NCBI GenBank assembly: GCA_963678155.1
Contig: OY782678.1
Location: 345,724-369,723 of the forward strand
Length of the DNA: 24,000 bases
Direction of reading: 5' to 3'
From: Bacteroidales bacterium
Lineage (GTDB): Bacteria; Bacteroidota; Bacteroidia; Bacteroidales; P3
Part shown: positions 1 through 9,272 of the stretch, piece by piece
Layout: each line of letters starts with the position of its first letter
How positions within the stretch are numbered: position 1 is the stretch's first letter
Notes under the pieces: model-generated
The model's input: only the letters and a program-made list of their open reading frames with translations
Told to the model about the DNA's origin: nothing
The model's database searches: none
Translations under genes and position numbers: made by a program

Positions 1-75
1 ATACTTTTGTGCATAACCTGTTGTTGCTATAGAAGCTACAGCAACAAACATTAATACTGATACAATTTTTTTCAT
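1..75 (-). CDS. 5' end of a secreted or envelope protein gene (signal peptide only; continues past the window edge)
   Basis: The reverse complement of 1-75 reads ATG AAA AAA ATT GTA ... = MKKIVSVLMFVAVASIATTGYAQKY, a typical signal peptide. Its ATG at 75 lies 21 nt downstream of the stop (97-99) of the preceding same-strand gene. It is absent from the ORF track because it is truncated by the window edge. Confidence 0.45.
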   Translation of the reverse strand, partial: MKKIVSVLMFVAVASIATTGYAQKY

Positions 76-96
76 TTCCTTTTTCCTATTCTATTT

Positions 97-1386
97 TTAT
101 TGATATTTACGTTTGAAAAACCAAAGGTCTTTTGCTGAGAATGATAATCCAACTCTGAAATAATCTTCCTTAATTAAACTATTGTCTATTGTTCCTCTTT
201 TTAGATATTCAAAGCTTAAGTTCACCATTGTGTTAGATTTCTTTATTGGCAAACCGATACCACAACTAATTCCTATTTGTTTGATTCTTGTGTTATATAA
301 TTCCAACATCCCATCATCATAAGAAAATCCTAAACGATAAACTGATTTTTGGAAGTAATTGCCATAAGCATTTGGTTTCCATTCTCCTCCAACTGCTAAT
401 TTTAAGTTATTTACTAAGTTAGTATTTGGATAGTCTGATTGGAAAAGAAAGTCTGACCAAGATACATATTTCCCATCAATTTCTACAAAGAATTTATTAG
501 GTCTTTCGTATGACAAGCCTAATCCAATTGAAGATGGATATTTGATTTTGTCAGTTGTGGTTTCGTCCAATACAGAGTCTTGTAAGTATTCCAATCCTGC
601 ACTTGTTGTAAAGGTGTAGCGGGACAAAATATTATCTGTTGGATATTTGATTGGTGGGTTATAAACAATACCTATTCCTATGTTATCTTCATTTGAAAGT
701 GGATGAAAATATTGGACACCAAAATTAATATTAAATGCTTTTACATGATAATTATTTTCTACTCTTGAAGAAAACATATAAGATGAATCTGGGAAAGATG
801 TTGTTGAAGACTTATAGTAATTCCCAAAGATATATTCAAGATTTACCCCTATTGATAGGTTTTTAATTGGACTATATGCAAAACCAAGTAATGCTTTATT
901 TAATCCTCCTTCTGCTGCATATGTCTCTTCATATTTTCCAACTTCAGGAGAAACAGAATCCTTGGTTGTTGTGAAATTTACTGAAGACATTGGTATAAGA
1001 CCTAAGGCTACTTTAAATTTAGAACCTATTGGGAACGCCATTAATATATGCGAAAGATTTGTATTATTTCCTGTTGATTTATATTTATCGCTCGAAAGAG
1101 TTACCCATTCTGTATAAAACCCAATATCAAATACTAATGATGTTGTATCAACTCCTGCATAAGAAGCAGGATTCATATAGTTCACAGAATTATTTCGCTT
1201 GTAAGTGTAACCGACTCCTCCCATTGCATTATTTATTGCATTATTGAAAAGATTGGTATTTCCTATCCCATATCTTGAATAAGGAGAACTAATTGTTGTT
1301 TGAGCCTCCACTAAATTTGGTAGTGTTACAATAATTGCAACCAAAACCATTAAGTATTTAATTCTTTTTCTAAGCATTAGTATCAA
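97..1386 (-). CDS. Outer-membrane beta-barrel protein, family not identified (FadL/PorV-like topology is only a guess)
   Basis: 429-aa ORF with a signal peptide (...VLVAIIVTLPNLVEAQ). Alternating hydrophobic and G/N/S/Y-rich strand-loop pattern throughout, with an aromatic-rich C-terminus (DYFRVGLSFSAKDLWFF). The start overlaps the coaX stop, so internal ATGs at 1377 or 1350 are alternative starts. Confidence 0.6.
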   Translation of the reverse strand: MILMLRKRIKYLMVLVAIIVTLPNLVEAQTTISSPYSRYGIGNTNLFNNAINNAMGGVGYTYKRNNSVNYMNPASYAGVDTTSLVFDIGFYTEWVTLSSDKYKSTGNNTNLSHILMAFPIGSKFKVALGLIPMSSVNFTTTKDSVSPEVGKYEETYAAEGGLNKALLGFAYSPIKNLSIGVNLEYIFGNYYKSSTTSFPDSSYMFSSRVENNYHVKAFNINFGVQYFHPLSNEDNIGIGIVYNPPIKYPTDNILSRYTFTTSAGLEYLQDSVLDETTTDKIKYPSSIGLGLSYERPNKFFVEIDGKYVSWSDFLFQSDYPNTNLVNNLKLAVGGEWKPNAYGNYFQKSVYRLGFSYDDGMLELYNTRIKQIGISCGIGLPIKKSNTMVNLSFEYLKRGTIDNSLIKEDYFRVGLSFSAKDLWFFKRKYQ

Positions 1387-2104
1387 GTATAATATTTAAC
1401 CCCGAAAGAACTAAGTGTTCTTCAAGTATTGTGTTTTCTTTAAAATAACTATGCAGGTAATGAGCATCACCACCTGTAAATAATATCTTTAAATCAGTGT
1501 ATTCCTTAATATAGTATGCTATAAATCCTTTTAACTCCATTACTGTTCCATTAATTATACCTGAACGTATTGAGCTTTGTGTATCATTACCTACTATATT
1601 TTCTTCCTTAAATTTATCTTCTATTAACGGCAAAGAATCTGTAAAAGTATTCAATGCCTTATATTTCATATTAATTCCTGGAGAAATTGAACCTCCATGA
1701 TAGTTACCTGTTTTATCAATTAGGTCTAATGTTATACAAGTCCCTGCATCAATAACTAAACAATTATTCTCTGAAAACAAAGCATTTGCACCTATAACTC
1801 CTGCTATTCTATCATTTCCTAATGTTCTTGGAGTAAGATAATTATTATTTATTGGCAAAGATAACTCATTATTCATCTCAATAAATCTAAATCTTTGCTT
1901 GAGAAATTCTTTTATCTCATCTTTATCCTTGTCAATAAAGCTAACAGAAGAAAATATTACTTTCTTAATTGTTGGAAATTGATTAATTATCTCTTCTATA
2001 TCAGTAATTCCTATTGTTTCAAAAGCTTCAACAAAAAACATTGTCCTTCCTGAAAATACAGCAATTTTTGTTCTAGTATTACCAATATCAATTACCAACC
2101 TCAT
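1370..2104 (-). CDS. coaX: Type III pantothenate kinase
   Basis: 244 aa. N-terminal ASKHA phosphate motif MRLVIDIGNTRTKIAVF, then LGNDRIAG and ...VIDAGTCITLD motifs. Length and motifs are typical of CoaX. Confidence 0.85.
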   Translation of the reverse strand: MRLVIDIGNTRTKIAVFSGRTMFFVEAFETIGITDIEEIINQFPTIKKVIFSSVSFIDKDKDEIKEFLKQRFRFIEMNNELSLPINNNYLTPRTLGNDRIAGVIGANALFSENNCLVIDAGTCITLDLIDKTGNYHGGSISPGINMKYKALNTFTDSLPLIEDKFKEENIVGNDTQSSIRSGIINGTVMELKGFIAYYIKEYTDLKILFTGGDAHYLHSYFKENTILEEHLVLSGLNIILDTNA

Positions 2105-2114
2105 AATAATAGTT

Positions 2115-2930
2115 TTAATCTTGGTTATTTTCTTCTTGAATTACTTCCTTTGAGTCTACTTCTTCTCTATTAATGTCCTGAGTTCCTTCTTTAGCATTAT
2201 TATCTTTAATTTCTTCTTTTTGTTCTGGAGATAATGGAAGTCCTTCTAATGGTAAATTATATTTGGTATTTAATTCGTTAAATGATTTTTCTTTTACATA
2301 GTCTTCTCTTTCCATCCAACAATCATTAATGTTTAATGGGTTATGCTCTCCATCAAATATTTCAAACGTTTTCTTTATTACTTCTCCTTTATCATCATAG
2401 AAATATTCCGATAATTCAAAAGCGACCTCGGCACAAGCAGAATTAAAAGTACTATAATGACGATTAAACATCCTTGTTAGTCCATTTTCATCAAATATTC
2501 TTTCATATATAAAATCCCAAGCTTGATTTTTGTTCAATATCATTTCCCTTACATACATTACTTTATTCGTATTTTGGTAGAAAATTACATCAAACTTTTT
2601 ATCTAATTTAAGAAAACGACCTTCGTCAATAAGAGGAACTATTGAAGTTTCTCCTTTTAATATACAAAAATGATAAACTAAACTATCTCTATCTCTTAGA
2701 ATATTCACATAGCTTAATAGATCTTCTGCTGATTTAACTAAAGCCTTTGCTGATTCACCATTTGCTTCTATAACAGAGGATTCTTCATCAACATATTCTT
2801 CTACATCCTGACCATCTAACTCTATTTCAGTGCTATCTTGGTCATTACTAATTACATTAACAGAATCAACTTGTGAAAAAGCATTTAATGATAAGAATAA
2901 CATTAAAACAAATATCGTTCTAAACTTCAT
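2115..2930 (-). CDS. Hypothetical secreted protein with acidic N- and C-terminal tails
   Basis: 271-aa ORF with signal peptide MKFRTIFVLMLFLSLNAFSQ. D/E-rich segment after the signal (DQDSTEIELDGQDVEEYVDEESS) and at the C-terminus (KEEIKDNNAKEGTQDINREEVDSKEVIQEENNQD). The central roughly 170 aa are globular with no motif I recognise. It is packed 10 nt from coaX. Confidence 0.55.
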   Translation of the reverse strand: MKFRTIFVLMLFLSLNAFSQVDSVNVISNDQDSTEIELDGQDVEEYVDEESSVIEANGESAKALVKSAEDLLSYVNILRDRDSLVYHFCILKGETSIVPLIDEGRFLKLDKKFDVIFYQNTNKVMYVREMILNKNQAWDFIYERIFDENGLTRMFNRHYSTFNSACAEVAFELSEYFYDDKGEVIKKTFEIFDGEHNPLNINDCWMEREDYVKEKSFNELNTKYNLPLEGLPLSPEQKEEIKDNNAKEGTQDINREEVDSKEVIQEENNQD

Positions 2931-2963
2931 AGATTTTGTATCAATTAATACATTAATTATTTA

Positions 2964-4358
2964 TTAGTCTATATCTTCTGCAAACATAGGATCCCAAGGA
3001 GGAAGCATTGTTGGCTTTTCTTCTAATATCTTTAATATCTTTGAAGGAACATATTTTTTATCAACAACTAATCTAAACATATATTCATTAAACCACTTAT
3101 CTGTCATTATCAAATGTCCTTGCCAACCAGCTGAAACTCCCCAACTATTTTCAAGTAACCATTTTTTTGGATTATTTTCTTTGCCCAAATCAACTCCACA
3201 AAGAGTCATAGCATGAGAGGATCCACTTGCAAAAGTTTGAATTCTTTGCTTTTTATCCATTGAAAAACTTGTTCCCATTAATGAACCAAAATCATAATTA
3301 TTAACATCTAATAAGCCTTTTATCCTATTATAACATTTACCAACATCACAAGAAAAATACATCATCGTTGAGTCTTTAATTGAAGCAATTGCCATCTCTT
3401 TAATACCTTCCACAGGTAAATTAATATATTTCCAGTTAAGACCATCAACAATATGACGATCATTTTCAATCTCATAAAGTTTATAGTAAGGACGAGTTGG
3501 ATCATTCATAAACATTATATATGTTTTAGCAAGGTCTTTTCCAATATATTTTTCATAAAATGACTTTGGAGTGTATTTTTCAGTTGAGATTTCTTTTCCT
3601 GAAGAATTACGAAGAGTGTAAGTAAATTCTGTTATAGGTTCTCCATAAGCTAAAACCAACATACGGTATATTGTAGAAAGCATTTCAACTTTCTTATTTT
3701 CGTACGCTTCAGTTTTATTTGAATTTAATCCCCTTAACTCTAAAGAAAATTCTTTAAGTTTTAAAGTTATTAGATTAGATATTGTATTAGTATTTTCTGA
3801 ATTGTAAGTTTCTGGTTTTACTGTTGAAGGGACTAAACCATATTTTGTCACTAAATCTATTATTCCTGTAAACTGACCACCATCGGAAAGAACATTTTTC
3901 AATAACCAATCATTAGTTTTACTGTCAATTGGTTCGTCTTTATATTTTATTATTAATGATAAGAAAAGATTAGATTTTTCTAATTGGTCGTAAAAGAAAA
4001 GATAGTTGTGAGAAAAATTAAACTCACCTAAATCATACTTAGCAATCATTCCTGATCTTAAAACATTAAATCCAGAAAACATCCAACAACGTCCAGAAGA
4101 CTTTTGATCAGATATTCCTTTTGATTTAACTCTATTTGAAAAATAAGTATCATAATTTGCCTCATTATCAAGATTAACAACCAAATTATCTATTTTATTA
4201 GATGCAATGGCATTACGTAATGCTTTATCTTGATCTGTATTCTTGTAACCTTGCTTAATCTTTTCAAGCATTTGAGCATTTATTCCATCTATTTGATTTT
4301 GTGCAAAACCGCATAATGAGAAGCAAGCCATTAAGGTAAGTATTATTATCTTTTTCAT
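2964..4358 (-). CDS. pepC: Aminopeptidase C / bleomycin hydrolase-type cysteine peptidase (family C1B), with signal peptide
   Basis: 464 aa. Active-site Cys context QKSSGRCWMFSGFN, His context SSHAMTLCGVD, and ENSWG downstream. N-terminal signal MKKIIILTLMACFSLCGFAQ. Confidence 0.85.
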   Translation of the reverse strand: MKKIIILTLMACFSLCGFAQNQIDGINAQMLEKIKQGYKNTDQDKALRNAIASNKIDNLVVNLDNEANYDTYFSNRVKSKGISDQKSSGRCWMFSGFNVLRSGMIAKYDLGEFNFSHNYLFFYDQLEKSNLFLSLIIKYKDEPIDSKTNDWLLKNVLSDGGQFTGIIDLVTKYGLVPSTVKPETYNSENTNTISNLITLKLKEFSLELRGLNSNKTEAYENKKVEMLSTIYRMLVLAYGEPITEFTYTLRNSSGKEISTEKYTPKSFYEKYIGKDLAKTYIMFMNDPTRPYYKLYEIENDRHIVDGLNWKYINLPVEGIKEMAIASIKDSTMMYFSCDVGKCYNRIKGLLDVNNYDFGSLMGTSFSMDKKQRIQTFASGSSHAMTLCGVDLGKENNPKKWLLENSWGVSAGWQGHLIMTDKWFNEYMFRLVVDKKYVPSKILKILEEKPTMLPPWDPMFAEDID

Positions 4359-4386
4359 CTAATCATTCTCTTTAAATTAATTTTAA

Positions 4387-6621
4387 CTATTTACCCATTC
4401 TATTTGATATGCAAGTATCATATTTTACTTTATAATCTTCAATATTACCAAAGTCTTCATCATCAATAAGAATAGAGCCGTTAGTAATAGTTCCTATTGC
4501 GCAACAAGGAACACCTGTAAGACCAATCATATCTAAGAATTCTTCTTCTTTATCCGAATCAATTGTAATTACTACTCTACCTTGAGCCTCACCAAATAAA
4601 TAAGAGTCAAGTCTTACTTCACTATCAGTTAAAATATCAAATCCAAAATTATTTGGCATTGCTGATTCTATAAGAGTTGTGAATAAACCGCCATCACTAA
4701 CATCATGAGCTGAAGCAACTAAACCTTCAAGGATCAAACCACTTAAAGCATGATGAAGGTTATATTCCTCTTCAATATCAAAATAAGGAGCTGGAGAAGA
4801 TTTAATTCCTTTATAAGAATATAAGTATTCAGAGCAGTTTATATCATCAACAACCTTACCTAATAAATATATTGTTTGTCCTTCTGTTTTAAAGTCTAAG
4901 GTAGTTTGAAGATGTTTTTCCACAATTCCAATCATACCAATAACGGGGGTTGGAAATACAGATTCTACAACTCCATTCATTGATGCTTGATTATAAAAAC
5001 TAACATTACCTCCTGTAACCGGAGTATTAAATTTTCTACAAGCATCACCCATCCCCTTTACAGCATTAACAAATTGCCAATAAGTTTCAGGACTATAAGG
5101 ATTACCAAAGTTCAAACAATTAGTTACAGCCAATGGCTCACCGCCAGTACAAACAATGTTTCTTGCAGCTTCTGCAACTGCTATTTGAGCTCCAATTTCT
5201 GGATTAGAATGAACATAACGACTATTACAATCAGTTGTCATTGCAATTCCATTAGAAGTTTCTTTAATGTTTACAACTCCAGCATCAGAAGGACGATTAG
5301 TTGACATATTACGAGTACCAACCATTGAGTCATATTGTTCATAAACCCAACGTTTCGATGCAATATTAGGATGATTGATAATAAAATCAGCAATCTTTTT
5401 ACATTCTTTTAAATCAGGTTCTTTAACATCGTCTTTATTGAATTTGAAAGTTTCTGCAAAATAAGCAGGTTCTTTAATTTCTCTATCATATTGAGGAGCT
5501 CCACCACCAAGCACAAGAGTTGAAGCAGGTACATCAGCTACTAATTCTCCATTCCAATAGAAATGCAAACTATCACCTTCTGTAACTTCTCCAATATTAG
5601 CACAATTCAAATCCCATTTTTTAAATATCCCTTCAACAATATCTTCTTTGCCTTTCTGAACACAAACAAGCATTCTTTCTTGACTTTCTGAAAGAAGAAT
5701 TTCCCAAGGTTCAATATTCTTTTGACGTAATGGCACCTTATCTAAATAGATATCCATACCACAACCACCTTTTTCAGACATTTCAGAGGTAGAACAAATT
5801 ATTCCAGCAGCACCCATATCTTGCATTCCAACAATAGCTCCACTCTTACCAAGTTCTAATGAAGCTTCCATTAATAATTTTTCTTGGAATGGGTCTCCAA
5901 CTTGAATTGATGGAATATCATCTGCCGAATTTTCTGTAACATCTGCCGAAGCAAATGTAGCACCATGAATACCATCCTTGCCTGTTGAAGAACCAACTAT
6001 ATAAATTGGATTTCCTTTCCCCTTTGATACAGCAGAAATTAACTCCTCTTTTTTCATTATACCAACACTCATAGCATTTACCAATGGGTTGTTTTCGTAG
6101 CAAGGGTCAAAGAAAACTTCACCTCCAACTACAGGAACACCAAAAGCATTACCATAGTTACCAATACCCCTTGTTACTCCTTTTAATAACCATTGAGTAT
6201 GAGGATTGTCAATATCTCCAAAACGTAAAGAATTTAATTGAGCAATAGGGCGAGCCCCCATTGTGAAAATATCTCTATTAATACCACCAACTCCAGTTGC
6301 TGCACCTTGATATGGTTCAACTGCAGAAGGATGGTTATGTGATTCAATTTTAAACACACAAGCAATTCCATCTCCAACATCAACCATGCCTGCATTTTCT
6401 TCACCCGCTTTAACCATCAATTGATCTCCATCACGAGGAAGAGTCTTTAATAACTTTATCGAATTTTTGTAAGAAGCATGTTCACTCCACATTACTGAGT
6501 AAATACTTAACTCCGTAAAGTTTGGAGTACGTCCAAGAATATCACAAATTTGTTTGAATTCATCGGGTAATAACCCTAATTCTTTAACCGTTTCAACATT
6601 AACAGTTTGATTCTTCACCAT
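4387..6621 (-). CDS. purL: Phosphoribosylformylglycinamidine synthase subunit PurL (small-PurL type)
   Basis: 744 aa. Hallmark FKIESHNHPSAVEPYQGAATGVGGINRDI and duplicated AIR-synthase-like halves (GGNVSFYN...). The length matches the three-subunit PurLQS system. Confidence 0.95.
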   Translation of the reverse strand: MVKNQTVNVETVKELGLLPDEFKQICDILGRTPNFTELSIYSVMWSEHASYKNSIKLLKTLPRDGDQLMVKAGEENAGMVDVGDGIACVFKIESHNHPSAVEPYQGAATGVGGINRDIFTMGARPIAQLNSLRFGDIDNPHTQWLLKGVTRGIGNYGNAFGVPVVGGEVFFDPCYENNPLVNAMSVGIMKKEELISAVSKGKGNPIYIVGSSTGKDGIHGATFASADVTENSADDIPSIQVGDPFQEKLLMEASLELGKSGAIVGMQDMGAAGIICSTSEMSEKGGCGMDIYLDKVPLRQKNIEPWEILLSESQERMLVCVQKGKEDIVEGIFKKWDLNCANIGEVTEGDSLHFYWNGELVADVPASTLVLGGGAPQYDREIKEPAYFAETFKFNKDDVKEPDLKECKKIADFIINHPNIASKRWVYEQYDSMVGTRNMSTNRPSDAGVVNIKETSNGIAMTTDCNSRYVHSNPEIGAQIAVAEAARNIVCTGGEPLAVTNCLNFGNPYSPETYWQFVNAVKGMGDACRKFNTPVTGGNVSFYNQASMNGVVESVFPTPVIGMIGIVEKHLQTTLDFKTEGQTIYLLGKVVDDINCSEYLYSYKGIKSSPAPYFDIEEEYNLHHALSGLILEGLVASAHDVSDGGLFTTLIESAMPNNFGFDILTDSEVRLDSYLFGEAQGRVVITIDSDKEEEFLDMIGLTGVPCCAIGTITNGSILIDDEDFGNIEDYKVKYDTCISNRMGK

Positions 6622-6645
6622 AAGAAATTGTTATTTTTAAAGCGG

Positions 6646-6653
6646 CAAAGTTA
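6646..6653 (-). promoter_or_regulatory. Candidate Bacteroidota -7 box (TAACTTTG) for purL
   Basis: The minus strand reads TAACTTTG, matching TAnnTTTG, 25-32 nt upstream of the purL ATG (6621). No convincing -33 TTTG at 19-21 bp. The motif is expected by chance roughly once per 500 nt of double-stranded sequence at this composition. Confidence 0.3.
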
Positions 6654-6716
6654 GCAATTTCGGAGCAAAAGCCTAACAAAAAAGCTTCTATTTTTTATTA
6701 TTAAAAAAAACAATGA

Positions 6717-6724
6717 TACTTTTG
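6717..6724 (+). promoter_or_regulatory. Candidate -7 box (TACTTTTG) for the GSCFA gene
   Basis: TACTTTTG matches TAnnTTTG 68 nt upstream of the ATG at 6792, in the divergent purL/GSCFA intergenic region. No clear -33 element. Confidence 0.3.
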
Positions 6725-6791
6725 CATATACTATAGGGGTATATTTCAATAACAAAGAAGCCTCTTGATAACATTATAATATCTTGCATCT

Positions 6792-7736
6792 ATGATATTT
6801 AGAACAGAAATTAATCCAGAAAAAAGTCTACAAACAATCAAGCACAATGATGATATAAGTTTGTTAGGTTCGTGCTTTACTCAAAGCATAGGAACAAAAC
6901 TTTCTGAAAATGGATTTAAAACCAATATAAATCCTTTTGGGATAATCTATAACCCTATAACTATATCACAATGTCTTGAACATATTAGCACAAAGAAACC
7001 TCTAATATGCAATAACTTAATAAAGGCAGGAGATTATTGGAAAGCTTATACTCATCATGGAGACTTCAAAGCACAAACTCAAGAAGAATTATTAGAAATA
7101 ATAAACAATAAGATTGCAGAGAGTTACGAATTTATAACAAAAGCTAAATATCTAATTATCACACTTGGCACTTCTTGGATATATACCCATAAAGAAACAA
7201 ATAGAATAATGGGCAACTGCCACAAACTCAATGCTAATCTTTTTACTAAAAACCTTCTAAAGATAGATCAAATAGTTGAAAGCATGACAAATAGCATAGA
7301 TATATTCTTTACCAATAACCAAAATGCAAATTCAAAAGTCATACTAACTATATCACCTATACGCCATTGGAGAGATGGTTATAGAGAAAATCAACTAAGT
7401 AAATCTATTCTTAATTTAGCAGTAGAAGAACTATGTAAAAACAACTCTAAAATAGAATATTTCCCTTCCTACGAAATTCTAATGGATGACTTAAGAGACT
7501 ATAGATTCTACAATGAAGATATGCTTCACCCTAACACCTTAGCGGTAGAATATATATGGGAGAAATTCCAACAAACCTATTTTAATATTAACACAATAGA
7601 ACTATGTAAACGCTTCCAACAGCTCCAAAAAATGAAAAATCATCGCCCATTCAATCCAGAAAGTGAAGCATATAAAACTCACCTAAAGAAGATAAAAGAA
7701 TTAGAAGAAGAACTTATTAAATTCAAACATGAATAG
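6792..7736 (+). CDS. GSCFA-family protein
   Basis: 314 aa. The N-terminal LLGSCFTQSIG matches the eponymous GSCFA motif. The size is typical for this Bacteroidota-enriched family of unknown function. Confidence 0.75.
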   Translation: MIFRTEINPEKSLQTIKHNDDISLLGSCFTQSIGTKLSENGFKTNINPFGIIYNPITISQCLEHISTKKPLICNNLIKAGDYWKAYTHHGDFKAQTQEELLEIINNKIAESYEFITKAKYLIITLGTSWIYTHKETNRIMGNCHKLNANLFTKNLLKIDQIVESMTNSIDIFFTNNQNANSKVILTISPIRHWRDGYRENQLSKSILNLAVEELCKNNSKIEYFPSYEILMDDLRDYRFYNEDMLHPNTLAVEYIWEKFQQTYFNINTIELCKRFQQLQKMKNHRPFNPESEAYKTHLKKIKELEEELIKFKHE

Positions 7737-7751
7737 TTAAAAAAGAAAAAC

Positions 7752-8504
7752 ATGAATAAAAGATTTGAGATTGAAGTATGTGTAAGCTCGCTCGAAATGG
7801 CAATGGAAGCAGAAAAGGGAGGAGCTGATAGGATTGAGTTATGTGCAAACCTATTGGAAGGAGGAACTACACCATCACCTGCTTTAATCAAAATAGCAAA
7901 AGACTCATTGAAAATTAGTACAATGGTTATGATTCGACCTCGAGGTGGCGACTTTTGTTACTCAGATATTGAATTCGAAACCATGAAAAACGACATTCTT
8001 TACTGCAAAAGCCTAAATATTGATGGCGTAGTTTTAGGCATTCTTAATCCTGATGGAACCATTGATAAACAAAGAACTAAGCAATTAGTTGAGCTGGCAC
8101 GCCCAATGAAAGTTTGTTTTCATAGAGCAATTGATATGACAAAAGATTATATGCAAGCCTTTAAAGATGTTCTTGAATGTGGTTGTGACAGAATTTTAAC
8201 CTCAGGAGGTGAAAACAAGGCAATTGATGGAGTAAAGAATATTGCAGAAATAATAAAACTATCAGATAACAATATTGAAATAATGGTTGGTTCAGGAGTA
8301 AGTAGCGAAAATGCCAAAGAGATATATAATAAGACAGTAGTAAGACATTTTCATCTTAGTGCCAAAACATTTAAACCAAGTAAAATGGAATATCGTAATC
8401 CAAAAATATCAATGGGAGGAATAGAAGAAGTTCCAGAATACGATATAATTTATACCGACCTAGATAAAATAAAAGCCATTAGAAAAGTATTGGATAGTTT
8501 ATAA
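7752..8504 (+). CDS. cutC: Copper homeostasis protein CutC family (TIM barrel)
   Basis: 250 aa. N-terminus FEIEVCVSSLEMAMEAEKGGADRIELCANLLEGGTTPS and MVMIRPRGGDFCYS, FHRAIDM, RILTSGG motifs are typical of CutC. Confidence 0.8.
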   Translation: MNKRFEIEVCVSSLEMAMEAEKGGADRIELCANLLEGGTTPSPALIKIAKDSLKISTMVMIRPRGGDFCYSDIEFETMKNDILYCKSLNIDGVVLGILNPDGTIDKQRTKQLVELARPMKVCFHRAIDMTKDYMQAFKDVLECGCDRILTSGGENKAIDGVKNIAEIIKLSDNNIEIMVGSGVSSENAKEIYNKTVVRHFHLSAKTFKPSKMEYRNPKISMGGIEEVPEYDIIYTDLDKIKAIRKVLDSL

Positions 8505-8553
8505 ATTGTTTCAAGTTTATACTAATGGCGTTATCTTTATTCAATAGCACTTA

Positions 8554-8811
8554 TTAAGAAGCTTTATCTTCCTTTTCTTTATCATCATTTATTTTAAATG
8601 GATTCTTCCTTTTTCCTATACACCAACCCATATAAAAGATTCCAACAATAATAAATACAATAGAAACACCTTCACAAAAGCCCATAGCAAAATCAGATAA
8701 TTGATGTCTAAATATACTGCTAAACGTAAGAGTTAACAAACCTAATGCAAAACTAATAAGCATAAATAATCTTAATCTCTTTCTCTTTTTAAATTCACAA
8801 TTATATTCCAT
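8554..8811 (-). CDS. Small two-pass membrane protein, unknown function
   Basis: 85 aa with a basic N-terminus (KKRKRLR). Two hydrophobic helices (LFMLISFALGLLTLTFSSIF and GVSIVFIIVGIFYMGWCI) and a charged tail (DDKEKEDKAS). It starts 5 nt after the stop of the upstream TM2 gene. Confidence 0.5.
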   Translation of the reverse strand: MEYNCEFKKRKRLRLFMLISFALGLLTLTFSSIFRHQLSDFAMGFCEGVSIVFIIVGIFYMGWCIGKRKNPFKINDDKEKEDKAS

Positions 8812-8816
8812 AAATT

Positions 8817-9152
8817 CTATCCCATCTTAATATAATTACCTTCTTTATCTCTAAATTGTCCAGTAATTATCATAATTAAATCTATTATCCACCAAATACC
8901 TAATCCCCCACCTGTAATTAGCTGTAATACTCCTGAAGCTATATGACCAGTATAAAACCTATGGACTCCGAGTACACCTAAGAAACCGCATAATAATACA
9001 GTTATCAACCAACGAGAATTAACGTTGATATTTACATCAGGTGAAGAATTCTGACTATTAGGTTGTTTTGCACCACATATAGGACAAAGATCTGTCCTTT
9101 TATCTATAACTGCTCCGCAATTATGACAATACTTTTCAAATTCATGTTTCAT
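8817..9152 (-). CDS. Zinc-ribbon plus TM2 domain membrane protein
   Basis: 111 aa. N-terminal CxxC...CxxC ribbon (CHNCGAVIDKRTDLCPICGA), then the TM2 signature LLCGFLGVLGVHRFYTGHIASGVLQLITGGGLGIWWIIDLI. Confidence 0.75.
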   Translation of the reverse strand: MKHEFEKYCHNCGAVIDKRTDLCPICGAKQPNSQNSSPDVNINVNSRWLITVLLCGFLGVLGVHRFYTGHIASGVLQLITGGGLGIWWIIDLIMIITGQFRDKEGNYIKMG

Positions 9153-9174
9153 AATAACTTTATTTTAAAGAAAG

Positions 9175-9208
9175 CAAAGGTAAATATTATTTTCAACAAT
9201 AATACAAA
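9175..9208 (-). promoter_or_regulatory. Candidate promoter for the TM2 gene pair (-33 TTTG, N22, -7 TACCTTTG)
   Basis: The minus strand reads TTTG (plus-strand caaa 9205-9208), then 22 nt, then TACCTTTG (plus-strand caaaggta 9175-9182). The box is 23-30 nt upstream of the ATG at 9152. The spacer is 1 nt longer than the usual 19-21. Confidence 0.35.
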
Positions 9209-9272
9209 AACCAACGGAAATAATATAAATTACAAATCGCCAAAGAATTATTTAGAAAACTAGATAATAACA

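Noticed and set aside
8022-8038. Iteron-like strings outside the array: GATGGCGTAGTTTTAGG in cutC (8022-8038), ATGGCGTTTATGG in the YgbA-like gene (12845-12857), AATGGCGTT in the cutC-downstream spacer (8524-8532)
   Set aside because: The first two are in-frame coding sequence (…DGVVLG…, …MAFM…), explained by codon usage. The third is a single 9-mer match, which is within chance expectation for scanning about 48,000 positions with several motif variants.
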